37,736 nt of DNA, from positions 1-37,736 of the forward strand of contig JAMCRO010000009.1 in assembly GCA_023380615.1 (NCBI GenBank), read 5' to 3'. The position numbers and the translations under genes were made by a program. The stretch is from Candidatus Parvarchaeota archaeon. GTDB taxonomy: Archaea; Nanobdellota; Nanobdellia; Parvarchaeales; Parvarchaeaceae. The notes under the pieces were generated by a model. That model was not told where the DNA came from. It searched no databases and saw nothing but the letters and a program-made list of their open reading frames with translations. Each line of letters starts with the position of its first letter. Position 1 is the stretch's first letter. Below are positions 25,842 to 34,422 of the stretch, in pieces.

Positions 25842-27314
25842 ATGAATAAAGTCATTCCAGTAGCTGCTGTTATAATAGTTGTTTTAGTGATAGCTGTAGT
25901 TCTAGTGTCTTATCCAAACATAATACCAAAAACAACAAGCAGCACAAATACTACCGCGGTTCCAATAGCAATGACGGATCCTGCAGAAGTTCCTGCGAAC
26001 ACAACCAGTTTGTACATTTCCTATTCATCTTTTAAAATACTATACTTCTATGCGAACGGGTCCGGTAATTTTGCAAATGTGAACGCTTCCGGCAGCATTA
26101 ATCTCCTTTCTTTGGTAAATACCTCAAAGGTTCTGGCTTCTGCAAACCTTCCTGTAAATTCAATGATTAACTCAATACAGTTTTCAGTTGTTTCTGCCAA
26201 CATAACAATAAATGGGACTACTTATACTGTAAAAGTTCCAAGCCCAATCGTGTCGGCAATTATTCCTGCCAATTTCAACAAGGTCAACAGCTCTTCAGGT
26301 TTGATTTTAGACTTTACCCCGGCGGTAGTAACGGTTTATACCGCAAATTCAACACAATATATATTGATTCCTTCTCTTATGGCACTCTCATCAAAGGGCT
26401 TGACAAACAGGGCAGTGGGTGCAGTAGAGCACATTCCTGCTAACATCAACAGGTCCTTGTTCCTTGAAAGGCCGAATATAACTATTACAAGCGCAAGTTT
26501 GCAGCAAGTCGGCAATAGTACGAGAATATCAGTAACCGTAAAGGACAATTCAAATCAAAGCGTGATTCTTCAGCATTTGAGGCTTAGCATGGTAAATGGC
26601 TTCAAGCTTTCAACGCTTAACTTCAGCGTCAACTTGTCAGGAAATACTATACAAGGCGTAAATAACTACAGAAAGAACCTTCAAAATCAGGTTTCAGTGA
26701 TTAAATCAGAAATACCTTCAATAATAGGAAATTTAAACAGGTCTTTGGTTTCAAACCTTAGCAGCATAAACGCTAGTTTGTCAATAGGCGGTTACAACTT
26801 TTCAATCGGCAACGGTATAAATGGCAGGTTCGATAACATAAAATCAAGGGTGGAATCGCAGTTTAATAAGACGGAAGGAGAAATGCATCAGAATCTTGTA
26901 GCAAACGAAAACAGGGTTAACATTATGAACAGGATAGTTGCCGACAGGTCGGTAAACTTCTTCATTTCTTCCAATGCTACGCTTTTCCTTCCTTTCTCCG
27001 GATCTGCACTTTTTAATCTTCCAATAAACATAAGCCCCGCAAGTGTGCAAAGGATAAACAGCACGGATGTCGGCATTAACTATAATTACTCAGGTCTTTC
27101 AAACAGCATAGAAGAGAACAGCAACTTTTCGCTCCCAACTAACTTTGGCTACAGTCTGCGGGCAGGTAGTTCGGTAACGCTTACTTTCTTAGGGGGAATA
27201 AATCTTGGTAACGGTTTATTGTCATTAGAGCTCGTCCCAGGCACTCAGTATAATCTTTATCTTCAGGGGACCAACGGAGCAATGGCTTCCTATACGGTAA
27301 ACGCAACAAGTTAA
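25842..27314 (+). CDS. Membrane-anchored surface protein with a DUF4382-like N-terminal domain
   Basis: TM anchor, 'PIAMTDP..VP..TTSLYISYS', 'GSINLLSLVN', 'LILDFTP'; Asn/Ser-rich with many sequons. Confidence 0.7.
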   Translation: MNKVIPVAAVIIVVLVIAVVLVSYPNIIPKTTSSTNTTAVPIAMTDPAEVPANTTSLYISYSSFKILYFYANGSGNFANVNASGSINLLSLVNTSKVLASANLPVNSMINSIQFSVVSANITINGTTYTVKVPSPIVSAIIPANFNKVNSSSGLILDFTPAVVTVYTANSTQYILIPSLMALSSKGLTNRAVGAVEHIPANINRSLFLERPNITITSASLQQVGNSTRISVTVKDNSNQSVILQHLRLSMVNGFKLSTLNFSVNLSGNTIQGVNNYRKNLQNQVSVIKSEIPSIIGNLNRSLVSNLSSINASLSIGGYNFSIGNGINGRFDNIKSRVESQFNKTEGEMHQNLVANENRVNIMNRIVADRSVNFFISSNATLFLPFSGSALFNLPINISPASVQRINSTDVGINYNYSGLSNSIEENSNFSLPTNFGYSLRAGSSVTLTFLGGINLGNGLLSLELVPGTQYNLYLQGTNGAMASYTVNATS

Positions 27315-27365
27315 TTCTTTTTGCATTTATTAAAACCTTAAGAAAATTTCTAAAGTACGCTATTT

Positions 27366-29558
27366 TTATGCTAAAGGCGGCAGTCCTTTTCTGTCCCTTA
27401 TCTGTTTCACAATCACAGGATAAATATCTCTCGGTAGCTTCCTAAAGGTTTCTCCCGCCAAAGACCAGGAACCTCTGCCTTCAGTAGCGGATCTAAGCTC
27501 GTTCGTGAAGTTGAAGGTAGATGAAACGGGCATTTCGGCTGTTATGACAGCCTTGCTTCCGTCATCCTTTACGTTGTCAATTATGCTTCTTTTAGACTGT
27601 ATCAATGCGCTTACGTTGCTGAGGTTTGCCATCGGCAAATCTACCCTTATTATCTGTATTGGTTCCAAAAGTATTGGGTTAGCCTGTAGAACAGCATCCT
27701 TTACTGCATCCCTTACTGCCGGGATAACCTGTGCAGGGCCACGGTGAATAGCATCTTCGTGCAAAACCATATCCGTTAGAACTATTTTTACTCCGCGGAC
27801 TTCTTCCCTGGCCTGAGGGCCTTCCTTCATTACTTCATTGAATGATTCTATGCACATCTCTATTACTTCACCAATGTGTATTATTCCCCTTGTACCGTCT
27901 ACAAGCATGTTCTCTCCGTGTATAGCCGCTATTTTTTTGGCTTCGTCTCTTTCCATACCGGCTTTTATCAGCAAGTCTATGTTTTCTGGCGTAAATGCCT
28001 TTATCTTTCCGGTAGGCATACTTTCATCGTTCAATGCTTCTGTAAGTTCCTGCGACAAAGGCTCAGCGTATAAGTAGAAACGGTTGTGCTTGTTTGGCGA
28101 TTTACCTTCAACGATTGGGCTTTTAGAAGATATGCTTTCCTTGTAAACTACTATTGGCTGTGAGCTCACTATATCTATGCCATAGGTTCTTCTGAGCTTG
28201 TCTTCAACTATTTCTAAATGTAAAGTACCTAATCCGGCTATCAAATTTTCACCGGTTTCATGGTTTATTGAGACTTTTAATGCAATATCGTATATTTCCT
28301 GCTCCCTTAAGGCCTGTATAAGCTTAGGCAGGTCCTTTGGGTTTTTAGGCTCTATCGCCTTTACAACTACCGGCTGCAATGAGTGCTTTATAGGCTCAAA
28401 TGGAGTAGTGTCCTGCTTGTCAGCGGAACTTAAAGTTTCACCTGATATTATGTTCTTAAGGCCGGCCATTCCTATTTGGTTGCCGGCAAGCGCGCTCTCT
28501 ACCTGGAAACGCTGCGGACCCTTCCATATGTAAATCTGCTGTACCTTGTTGATCTGTTTGTTGTTTACCAGGTAAACATCCTGTCCCCTGACAATCTTCC
28601 CGGAAAAGATCCTTCCTACCGCTATCTCACCAGCTTGCGGATCTATCTCTATGTTTGTAACGGAAATCATCAATGGACCGTTTGGGTCGCAGGCTACCAA
28701 TGATTTGCCTACTTCACTGTCCAGTTCTCCGTGCCATACAATAGGTATCCTGTACTTCTGTGCGTCAACAGGGTTAGGCAGATGTTCTATAACCATGTCA
28801 AGCAGTACTTTGTGAACGGGCGTTTTCTTTGAAAGCTCCTTTATTTTTTCCTTGTCATTTGAAGTGTAAGTTTCATATACGTCTTTGAACGATAAACCCG
28901 TATCTTTCATTCTCTTAAATGACAGGGAAAAAATAAAAGAGCATTCAAAGAATGCGACGGTATTGTCCTGTACGGCAACCTGCCATTTTCCCTTGACATC
29001 GTCAGGCGCCAAATCGTTTATAAAAGAATTGATCTGCGTTATAAGCTTAATCAAATGTTTCTGCATTTCTTCAGGAGAAAAACGCATTTCCGTTATAAGT
29101 CTGTCAATTTTATTAATATATAGTATAGGTTTTACCTTGTCCCTAAGCGCTTGCTTTAATACCATTTCAGTCTGTGGCATTACTCCCTCAACCGAGTCCA
29201 TTACCACTATTGCACCGTCTATTGCCCTTATTGCACGGGTAACATGTCCTCCAAAATCTACGTGTCCGGGCGTATCTATAAGATTGATAAGATATTCATC
29301 GTTTTCGCTTCTCTCATAAACCATGTTTACGTTTGAAGACTTAACGGTCATCTGCCTTTCCTGCTCTATCTTTTCAGAGTCCAGATAAAGCTGTTTGCCT
29401 GCCTTTTCCTCGGAAAGCATTCCACAGCCTGCCAATAAAGTATCGCAGGTGGTAGTTTTACCGTGGTCCACGTGTGCTATGACCCCTATGTTTCTGATGC
29501 GGTCCTGCTGGTTCATTAAACGCATCACTTTCTCTGTCAAGGATTCTTTTTCAGGCAT
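27366..29558 (-). CDS. fusA: Archaeal translation elongation factor aEF-2
   Basis: 'AHVDHGKTT', 'DTPGHVDFGG', 'NKID', 'EGKSPNKHNRF', diphthamide loop 'HEDAIHRGPAQ', 'LRSATEGRG'; SD AGGTGA upstream. Confidence 0.97.
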   Translation of the reverse strand: MPEKESLTEKVMRLMNQQDRIRNIGVIAHVDHGKTTTCDTLLAGCGMLSEEKAGKQLYLDSEKIEQERQMTVKSSNVNMVYERSENDEYLINLIDTPGHVDFGGHVTRAIRAIDGAIVVMDSVEGVMPQTEMVLKQALRDKVKPILYINKIDRLITEMRFSPEEMQKHLIKLITQINSFINDLAPDDVKGKWQVAVQDNTVAFFECSFIFSLSFKRMKDTGLSFKDVYETYTSNDKEKIKELSKKTPVHKVLLDMVIEHLPNPVDAQKYRIPIVWHGELDSEVGKSLVACDPNGPLMISVTNIEIDPQAGEIAVGRIFSGKIVRGQDVYLVNNKQINKVQQIYIWKGPQRFQVESALAGNQIGMAGLKNIISGETLSSADKQDTTPFEPIKHSLQPVVVKAIEPKNPKDLPKLIQALREQEIYDIALKVSINHETGENLIAGLGTLHLEIVEDKLRRTYGIDIVSSQPIVVYKESISSKSPIVEGKSPNKHNRFYLYAEPLSQELTEALNDESMPTGKIKAFTPENIDLLIKAGMERDEAKKIAAIHGENMLVDGTRGIIHIGEVIEMCIESFNEVMKEGPQAREEVRGVKIVLTDMVLHEDAIHRGPAQVIPAVRDAVKDAVLQANPILLEPIQIIRVDLPMANLSNVSALIQSKRSIIDNVKDDGSKAVITAEMPVSSTFNFTNELRSATEGRGSWSLAGETFRKLPRDIYPVIVKQIRDRKGLPPLA

Positions 29559-29632
29559 TTAAATTCACCTTTAATTTTATCGTTATTTTTAGATTTTGTA
29601 ACTTATACTATTTATACTTGCTGTTTTGCAGA

Positions 29633-30193
29633 TTAAAGCCTTGGAAAGTACTTCTGCTTTATAGCCTTTGCAAAATTCAGGCATTCATTCGGCAAAAAGG
29701 AGAGGGAATAGCCAATGCTTTCATAAATGAGCTTATGAATCAAGTCAGTCTTTTCTTCCGGGACTTTTACGAAGGATATGTCATAGCTGTCATCGAAGAC
29801 CTTCGAGAAATATCTCTTAGCTCTCGGCATGTGCAATGTATCAGTTACTACCACAATATCGGAAAAGTTCCTGTAATTGCTACCATACCCATCGTTTGTG
29901 AAGTCGAAAGGGTCCTGCGCTTTCATAATCCTGAGCATTTCGAATGAGTTTACTGCATTATCATAGGTATTAACGGACTTGTTCTCATACAAGAAATCCT
30001 TACCTTCAAGCATTTCCATCGCAGTTTTATCAGAACGTACGTTCTGTCCAGCTATAAGCAGAAGGGAATTGTCTTTATTCCCATATATCTCTATTGCCTT
30101 TTCCAGTCTTTTCCTGAATCGTCTATTGCTTCCGCCTAGAATTATTATGGCAGTGCCGTTTTGTTCCTTTAGTATGTTTTCTAAATGCTGCAT
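29633..30193 (-). CDS. YdcF/DUF218 (SanA/ElyC-like) protein
   Basis: 'IIILGG', 'RLEKAIEIY', 'ENKSVNTYDNA', 'VVVTDTLHMPRA', C-terminal 'YESIG'. Confidence 0.88.
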   Translation of the reverse strand: MQHLENILKEQNGTAIIILGGSNRRFRKRLEKAIEIYGNKDNSLLLIAGQNVRSDKTAMEMLEGKDFLYENKSVNTYDNAVNSFEMLRIMKAQDPFDFTNDGYGSNYRNFSDIVVVTDTLHMPRAKRYFSKVFDDSYDISFVKVPEEKTDLIHKLIYESIGYSLSFLPNECLNFAKAIKQKYFPRL

Positions 30194-30243
30194 TTATTAA
30201 ATAGAAAAGAAATAATATATAAACTTTAAGGGGAAAAAATGAA

Positions 30244-30311
30244 AATTAAAAAAATAAAAAACTCTTTATAAAAAAGGATCAGAAGAATTGAACCGTTTTA
30301 ACGGTTGAATT
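30244..30311 (-). terminator. Hairpin and T-tracts downstream of the basic micropeptide
   Basis: Minus strand AATT-C-AACCGT-TAAA-ACGGTT-C-AATT (30286-30311) followed by several T6-7 runs (A-runs on + at 30244-30275). Confidence 0.6.
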
Positions 30312-30341
30312 AGCGGTAATATTTAGTTTATTAAAGAGATC

Positions 30342-30389
30342 TTACCTCTTCTTTTTTCCTTTTTTAGCTGCTTTTTTCTTTGTTGCCAT
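30342..30389 (-). CDS. 15-aa Lys/Ala-rich micropeptide MATKKKAAKKGKKKR
   Basis: ATG GCA ACA AAG AAA AAA GCA GCT AAA AAA GGA AAA AAG AAG AGG TAA; TATA-like TTTATAT at 30417-30411, 22-28 nt upstream of the ATG; terminator-like DNA downstream. Confidence 0.6.
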   Translation of the reverse strand: MATKKKAAKKGKKKR

Positions 30390-30510
30390 GTTATGTAAAA
30401 TTCACTCATCATATAAATAATTTTTTAATTTTTTTATTCTGCTTCAGAACCGCTTTTCTAAATAATATAAACATATATTTAGAGTCATTGATTAACTTTC
30501 TATATAAAAA

Positions 30511-30595
30511 GCAGAGATAGCGAAGCTCGGTCAAACGTGCTGGCTTCAGGGGCCAGTGGCTTAGGCCTTCGGGGGTTCAAATCCCCCTCTCTGCA
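30511..30595 (+). tRNA. tRNA-Leu(CAG), intronless, CCA not encoded
   Basis: Acceptor GCAGAGA/TCTCTGC + A73; anticodon arm CTGGC-TTCAGGG-GCCAG; variable arm GGC-TTAG-GCC; T-arm GGGGG-TTCAAAT-CCCCC. Confidence 0.96.
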
Positions 30596-30652
30596 TATAA
30601 GCTAAATTTTCTAAAAAGATAGGTTTTTAAATGAATAATTTATATTGATTAT

Positions 30653-31315
30653 ATGGTTTGGGATACAAGCAAGAAAGCAAGCAAGATTTGGATAATTTTA
30701 GGCTTTATAGGAATCGGCCAGTTGATTGCTTTAATCTATTCATTAGTCAGCAAGAATGACAAAGACAGAATCTTAGGGGTTCTTTTCATCCTGGGTTGGC
30801 TTGGAGACATAATAATATACTTCTTAGAGAAGGACAAGGACAAATACATAGCAAGCATGGCGCTGTATCTTTTGATAGGTGAGATTGTTGTTATTATCGT
30901 TGCGGTATTATTATTTTCAGCTGGATTATTTAGCACAAGTGTGCTTGCTCCCACAGCAAGTGTATCAGTAAGTAGTGTCGGATTCAGCCCATTTTCAGTA
31001 AGTGCAGCTGTGTGTAATAGCAATGGATTAACAGTATCTTTCTCTACCGGCTCATTACCAAATGGAGCAAGCTCTGCAACAATTATAAGTTCAAGTTATT
31101 CTTCTGGAAGCGGAATTACTCCAACATCTGGAACATTAATTCCTTCGACTTCAATAATATCATCTGGTAGCAGCTTTAATTTAGTTTCATCTACAGCTAG
31201 CTGTAAGTCAGGAGCTGCGTTTAGTGCATCTGGAGTATTAACTTACGAAATTAGTTATAACGGTCTTACAACGACTTATAATGCAACAGGAACAATAGCA
31301 GGTACGGGCAGTTAA
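30653..31315 (+). CDS. Membrane protein with a C-terminal archaeal type IV pilin-like domain
   Basis: Two repeated hydrophobic units ending in KNDKD/KDKDK, then 'VIIVAVLLFSAGLF...GFSPFSV..AVC...C...LTY...GL....ATGTIAG', resembling DPANN pilin helix and head. Confidence 0.6.
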   Translation: MVWDTSKKASKIWIILGFIGIGQLIALIYSLVSKNDKDRILGVLFILGWLGDIIIYFLEKDKDKYIASMALYLLIGEIVVIIVAVLLFSAGLFSTSVLAPTASVSVSSVGFSPFSVSAAVCNSNGLTVSFSTGSLPNGASSATIISSSYSSGSGITPTSGTLIPSTSIISSGSSFNLVSSTASCKSGAAFSASGVLTYEISYNGLTTTYNATGTIAGTGS

Positions 31316-31360
31316 AATTAGCCAGAATTTTTGTTTTCTAAATTCATTCTATAAAATGCT

Positions 31361-31924
31361 TCAGTATATCTTTTCTACTCTAATCCCGGAAACAAACGTT
31401 GATACGGAAAGCAGTAACAAAGATATCGGAAGGATGTAAACGAAGTGATTCATTAACAGAACTGACAGATCAACAAGCAGAATTGAAGCTATAGCAAGGT
31501 AATTGGCATTCTTGTATTTTGCCAGCGAGCTTATGCCGTCTACCATGTAAAGCTCCAAGGCAGAATAAACAGTCCATATGAATGCAATAACAAGAAGATA
31601 AAAGTTAAGGGCATAATGGCCCAACGGATATACAACAATTTGACTGTTTCCAAAGTAGAGAAAGGTAAAAAGCAGTGCCAATCCCAAAATCCATACAATT
31701 GCATATGAGTACCTGAAAAGCGCTTTTCTGTCTTTTTTCCATGCTTTCCTCCAGAACCTGTTTCTTAGGTAAAGGCCTGCAAGATACAGGACAATTATAA
31801 ACGAGAAAGGAAAGAAGGAAAGTTTGTAGTCTAATATGAATTCTATGGAGAGAATAGCGAGCGAAATCGCAGTAAGCGAAGAAATGAAAAAACCTGCCTG
31901 TCGGGTTAAAACCTCAGCTTCCAT
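31361..31924 (-). CDS. Polytopic membrane protein (about 6 TM), unknown function
   Basis: Alternating hydrophobic helices with a basic loop; probable ATG 31924 overlaps the upstream gene's end. Confidence 0.75.
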   Translation of the reverse strand: MEAEVLTRQAGFFISSLTAISLAILSIEFILDYKLSFFPFSFIIVLYLAGLYLRNRFWRKAWKKDRKALFRYSYAIVWILGLALLFTFLYFGNSQIVVYPLGHYALNFYLLVIAFIWTVYSALELYMVDGISSLAKYKNANYLAIASILLVDLSVLLMNHFVYILPISLLLLSVSTFVSGIRVEKIY

Positions 31925-32474
31925 TTGGATTCTGGTATGTAACATTGCCGATAAGCTTTAGTACTGCGCCCTGGAAGGAATAAGGGTCTCTTATACCGCG
32001 GAGAATGATGTTTGGCCGGCCCTGCTCCTCCGGCCGTATAACAACCTTCCCAAGCTTAAGTATCCTGTCTAAAATGCTTATGTCAACTGAAACATCGCTT
32101 ATCTTTGATGGAAGAATTATGTTTGTGTCCTTTGCTATGACTCCCTTTTGTATTATCACCCTGGAATTGGTTATTATATATTCTATAAAGTAGACCTGAA
32201 GCTCAGAAATTAATATATATATTACACCTATAACCTCCAAAACCGTTGAAATGATTGGAAGAGTGCCAATGAGAGGAATGTTCTTTACACCGACATAAGA
32301 AAGAGCAGCAGAAAATGAAAGATCAAAGGAAGGCTCAAATATTGACAAAGCTGCAAATATTACAATAGAAAGAACTATGAGCCACACCCCTCTCCAAAAT
32401 TCTTTCTGTCCCAGTATGGAGGGCTTCTCCGACCTTATTACTTTCTCGTTAGCAAGCAGGAATTGTTTCATCAT
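31914..32474 (-). CDS. Membrane protein with bacterial PH domain (bPH_2, YdbS/YdbT-like)
   Basis: Two TM helices then 'YIITNSRVIIQKGVIAKD...KISDVSVDISILDRILKLGKVVI...GIRDP'. Confidence 0.85.
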   Translation of the reverse strand: MMKQFLLANEKVIRSEKPSILGQKEFWRGVWLIVLSIVIFAALSIFEPSFDLSFSAALSYVGVKNIPLIGTLPIISTVLEVIGVIYILISELQVYFIEYIITNSRVIIQKGVIAKDTNIILPSKISDVSVDISILDRILKLGKVVIRPEEQGRPNIILRGIRDPYSFQGAVLKLIGNVTYQNPNGS

Positions 32475-32522
32475 ATAACTATTAAATGGAATAGTAATAT
32501 ATAACTTAATTTGGGTAATAAC

Positions 32523-33215
32523 ATGAGAGTAGGAGCTTTGTTTACGGGCGGAAAAGATTCGACTTATTCCGCGTTTTTAGCAGGAAAAGAGAATGAAGTA
32601 GTGTGCTTAATGAACATGTACTCGGAAAACAAGGATTCATACATGTTCCATACTGTCGGCAGTTCCCTTCTTGAAATGCAGGCAGAGGCCCTTTCAATAC
32701 CTCTGGAAAGGCATAACACCGAGGGAATAAAGGAAGAAGAGCTTTCAGACCTGAAGGAGTTTATTTCTGAGATTAAAGAAAGATACAAAATAGAGGGCAT
32801 AGTAAGCGGTGCCCTTGCAAGCGAATACCAGTACAGCAGGATTAATAACATGCTGAAGGAATTAAACCTGGCTTCAATAACCCCGTTGTGGCATGTTGAT
32901 GTAGAAAGTTATCTCAAAAATCTGATTAATGACGGTTTTCATGCCATAATAGTTTCCGTTTCAGCAGACGGTCTGGATCAGAGCTGGCTTGGAAAGGAGA
33001 TAAACAGCGAAAACCTTGCAAGGCTTATAGCTCTGAGCAGAAAATACAGGTTTAATTTAGGATTTGAGGGCGGAGAGGCGGAGACTGCGGTTTTGGACGG
33101 GCCGAATTTCAAATACAGGATAGAGATAGAAAAAAGCAGCATTGTAATTGATGGGGGCAAAGCTTATCTAAGCATAGAAAAAGCAATAAAGAGAACCCCG
33201 CTTTTTAAAAAATAG
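32523..33215 (+). CDS. dph6: Diphthine--ammonia ligase family PP-loop ATPase (Dph6/MJ0570-like)
   Basis: 'LFTGGKDS', 'DSYMFH', 'GALASEYQ', 'PLWH', 'WLGK', 'EGGEAETAVLDGP'. Probable start ATG 32523. Confidence 0.88.
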   Translation: MRVGALFTGGKDSTYSAFLAGKENEVVCLMNMYSENKDSYMFHTVGSSLLEMQAEALSIPLERHNTEGIKEEELSDLKEFISEIKERYKIEGIVSGALASEYQYSRINNMLKELNLASITPLWHVDVESYLKNLINDGFHAIIVSVSADGLDQSWLGKEINSENLARLIALSRKYRFNLGFEGGEAETAVLDGPNFKYRIEIEKSSIVIDGGKAYLSIEKAIKRTPLFKK

Positions 33216-33242
33216 TAAAAATGGTATTTGATCCTGTAAAAC

Positions 33243-33809
33243 TCAAAGTATTTTTTCAATTATTCGTTTGATCCTTTTGTTGAGTTCTTCAGATGAATTC
33301 TTGCTGTTTTCAAGCATGAAATCCGAAAGCTTTTCGGTTTCCTTAAGATTAAATATTTTTCTTTCGTTTCTGTCACCATTTAAAAATTCTCTGAATGATG
33401 AGGGCGCATCCACCCTTTTTCTGTCCATAGTCCTTTTGAACCTTACCTTTACGGGAGCATAAACGAATATGTTGTAAAATTTTACTCCTTTCTGCCTTTT
33501 GAAGAATTTAATGTCGTTTGGAAAGCGTATGCCTGCTATCGCTATCCTGTCTTTTTTCACGCTTTTTATCCTTTTCATGCATAGCTCCATCACATAGTCT
33601 TTCCCATACTTTTTTCTTAGTATGCCTTGAAGTTTTTGCTGCTCTTCCCTTGAAATTTTTCCCTTCTTCATCTTTGAAAGTTTCTCTCTTATTATGTCGC
33701 CGGGAGAAATCTTGTAAAATCCGTATGTTTCGGTTAGAATGTCGGCTATATAATCCTTTCCTCCTCCGGGAAGGGAAGATAAACCAATAATCAAAATGTC
33801 TTTTTTCAC
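33243..33809 (-). CDS. P-loop NMP-kinase/dephospho-CoA-kinase-like protein
   Basis: 'IIGLSSLPGGGKD' P-loop, 'GDIIRE', 'LRKKYG', 'GIR', 'AP..VRFKR...RKR.D', 'SDFMLEN'; GTG start. Confidence 0.8.
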   Translation of the reverse strand: MKKDILIIGLSSLPGGGKDYIADILTETYGFYKISPGDIIREKLSKMKKGKISREEQQKLQGILRKKYGKDYVMELCMKRIKSVKKDRIAIAGIRFPNDIKFFKRQKGVKFYNIFVYAPVKVRFKRTMDRKRVDAPSSFREFLNGDRNERKIFNLKETEKLSDFMLENSKNSSEELNKRIKRIIEKIL

Positions 33810-33893
33810 TGCTTATAATGGAAGTTTTATAATAAAAATCTTTAATAAGATAAGAAAAAAGTACTTATTTGTTATCCATTCATATAATTATGG

Positions 33894-34421
33894 ATGGAAG
33901 ACATTCCTAAAGCCGAAAGCAAGCTTGAGATATTTCTTTCACAGAGCCAGTTCAAAAAACAGGTCGATTCTCTCGGATACAATGTCTTCTCTTTTTTGTC
34001 TGACATGTATGAAGAGGGCAAGTTTGACGAAAAGACAAGGAAAATGTTTCCGGCTGAGAAGAGGCAGGAATTTGACGAGATAGCCGAAGAGCTGTCAGAA
34101 AATAACGGCGCTTACCGCGGAATAATGTACAGGTATCTCTCAGATTCAAAGGATTACAGGCCGAAAGCCGTTTTTGGAAACGAGTATGAAAGGATAATGG
34201 GGCTAAAAAACAAGATACTGGAAAAATTCGGAAAAAGCGGATACGGTTCTCTATACAGTAATTTCATAAATGCACAGTTCAATGATTCACTGATAGAAGC
34301 GGAGGGGGATGATTTTTTCTACATAGGGAAAAGAAGATTCACGCCGGAAGACAAAGACGAGGAGTTAATCTGGATTTTCGGCAAAGTGGTTGAACTTCTT
34401 TATGAAGTTAATAACGGTTGA
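33894..34421 (+). CDS. Hypothetical protein, paralog of 34423..34941
   Basis: Aligns by eye with the next ORF (KLE..LS.SQ.K.Q...LGY.VF; KDY; Y.R). Confidence 0.8.
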   Translation: MEDIPKAESKLEIFLSQSQFKKQVDSLGYNVFSFLSDMYEEGKFDEKTRKMFPAEKRQEFDEIAEELSENNGAYRGIMYRYLSDSKDYRPKAVFGNEYERIMGLKNKILEKFGKSGYGSLYSNFINAQFNDSLIEAEGDDFFYIGKRRFTPEDKDEELIWIFGKVVELLYEVNNG

Positions 34422-34422
34422 T

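Noticed and set aside
28926-28949. Invertible micro-segment explaining the EF-2 anomaly
   Set aside because: The reverse complement encodes GKNKRAFK, not GSAxxxWA, and no flanking inverted repeats bracket it.
29618-29947. 109-aa plus-strand ORF and the other antisense or nested ORFs of 60-150 aa across the window
   Set aside because: They lie opposite or within well-supported genes and show no recognisable motifs.
30279-30412. Possible C/D-box sRNA (minus-strand ATGATGA ... CTGA)
   Set aside because: Boxes are about 130 nt apart with no clear internal C'/D' boxes, and the C-box overlaps the predicted TATA region.
6662-30595. tRNA-anchored integrated elements
   Set aside because: Accessory-looking genes follow each tRNA, but I found no duplicated tRNA 3' end (att site) and no integrase by eye.
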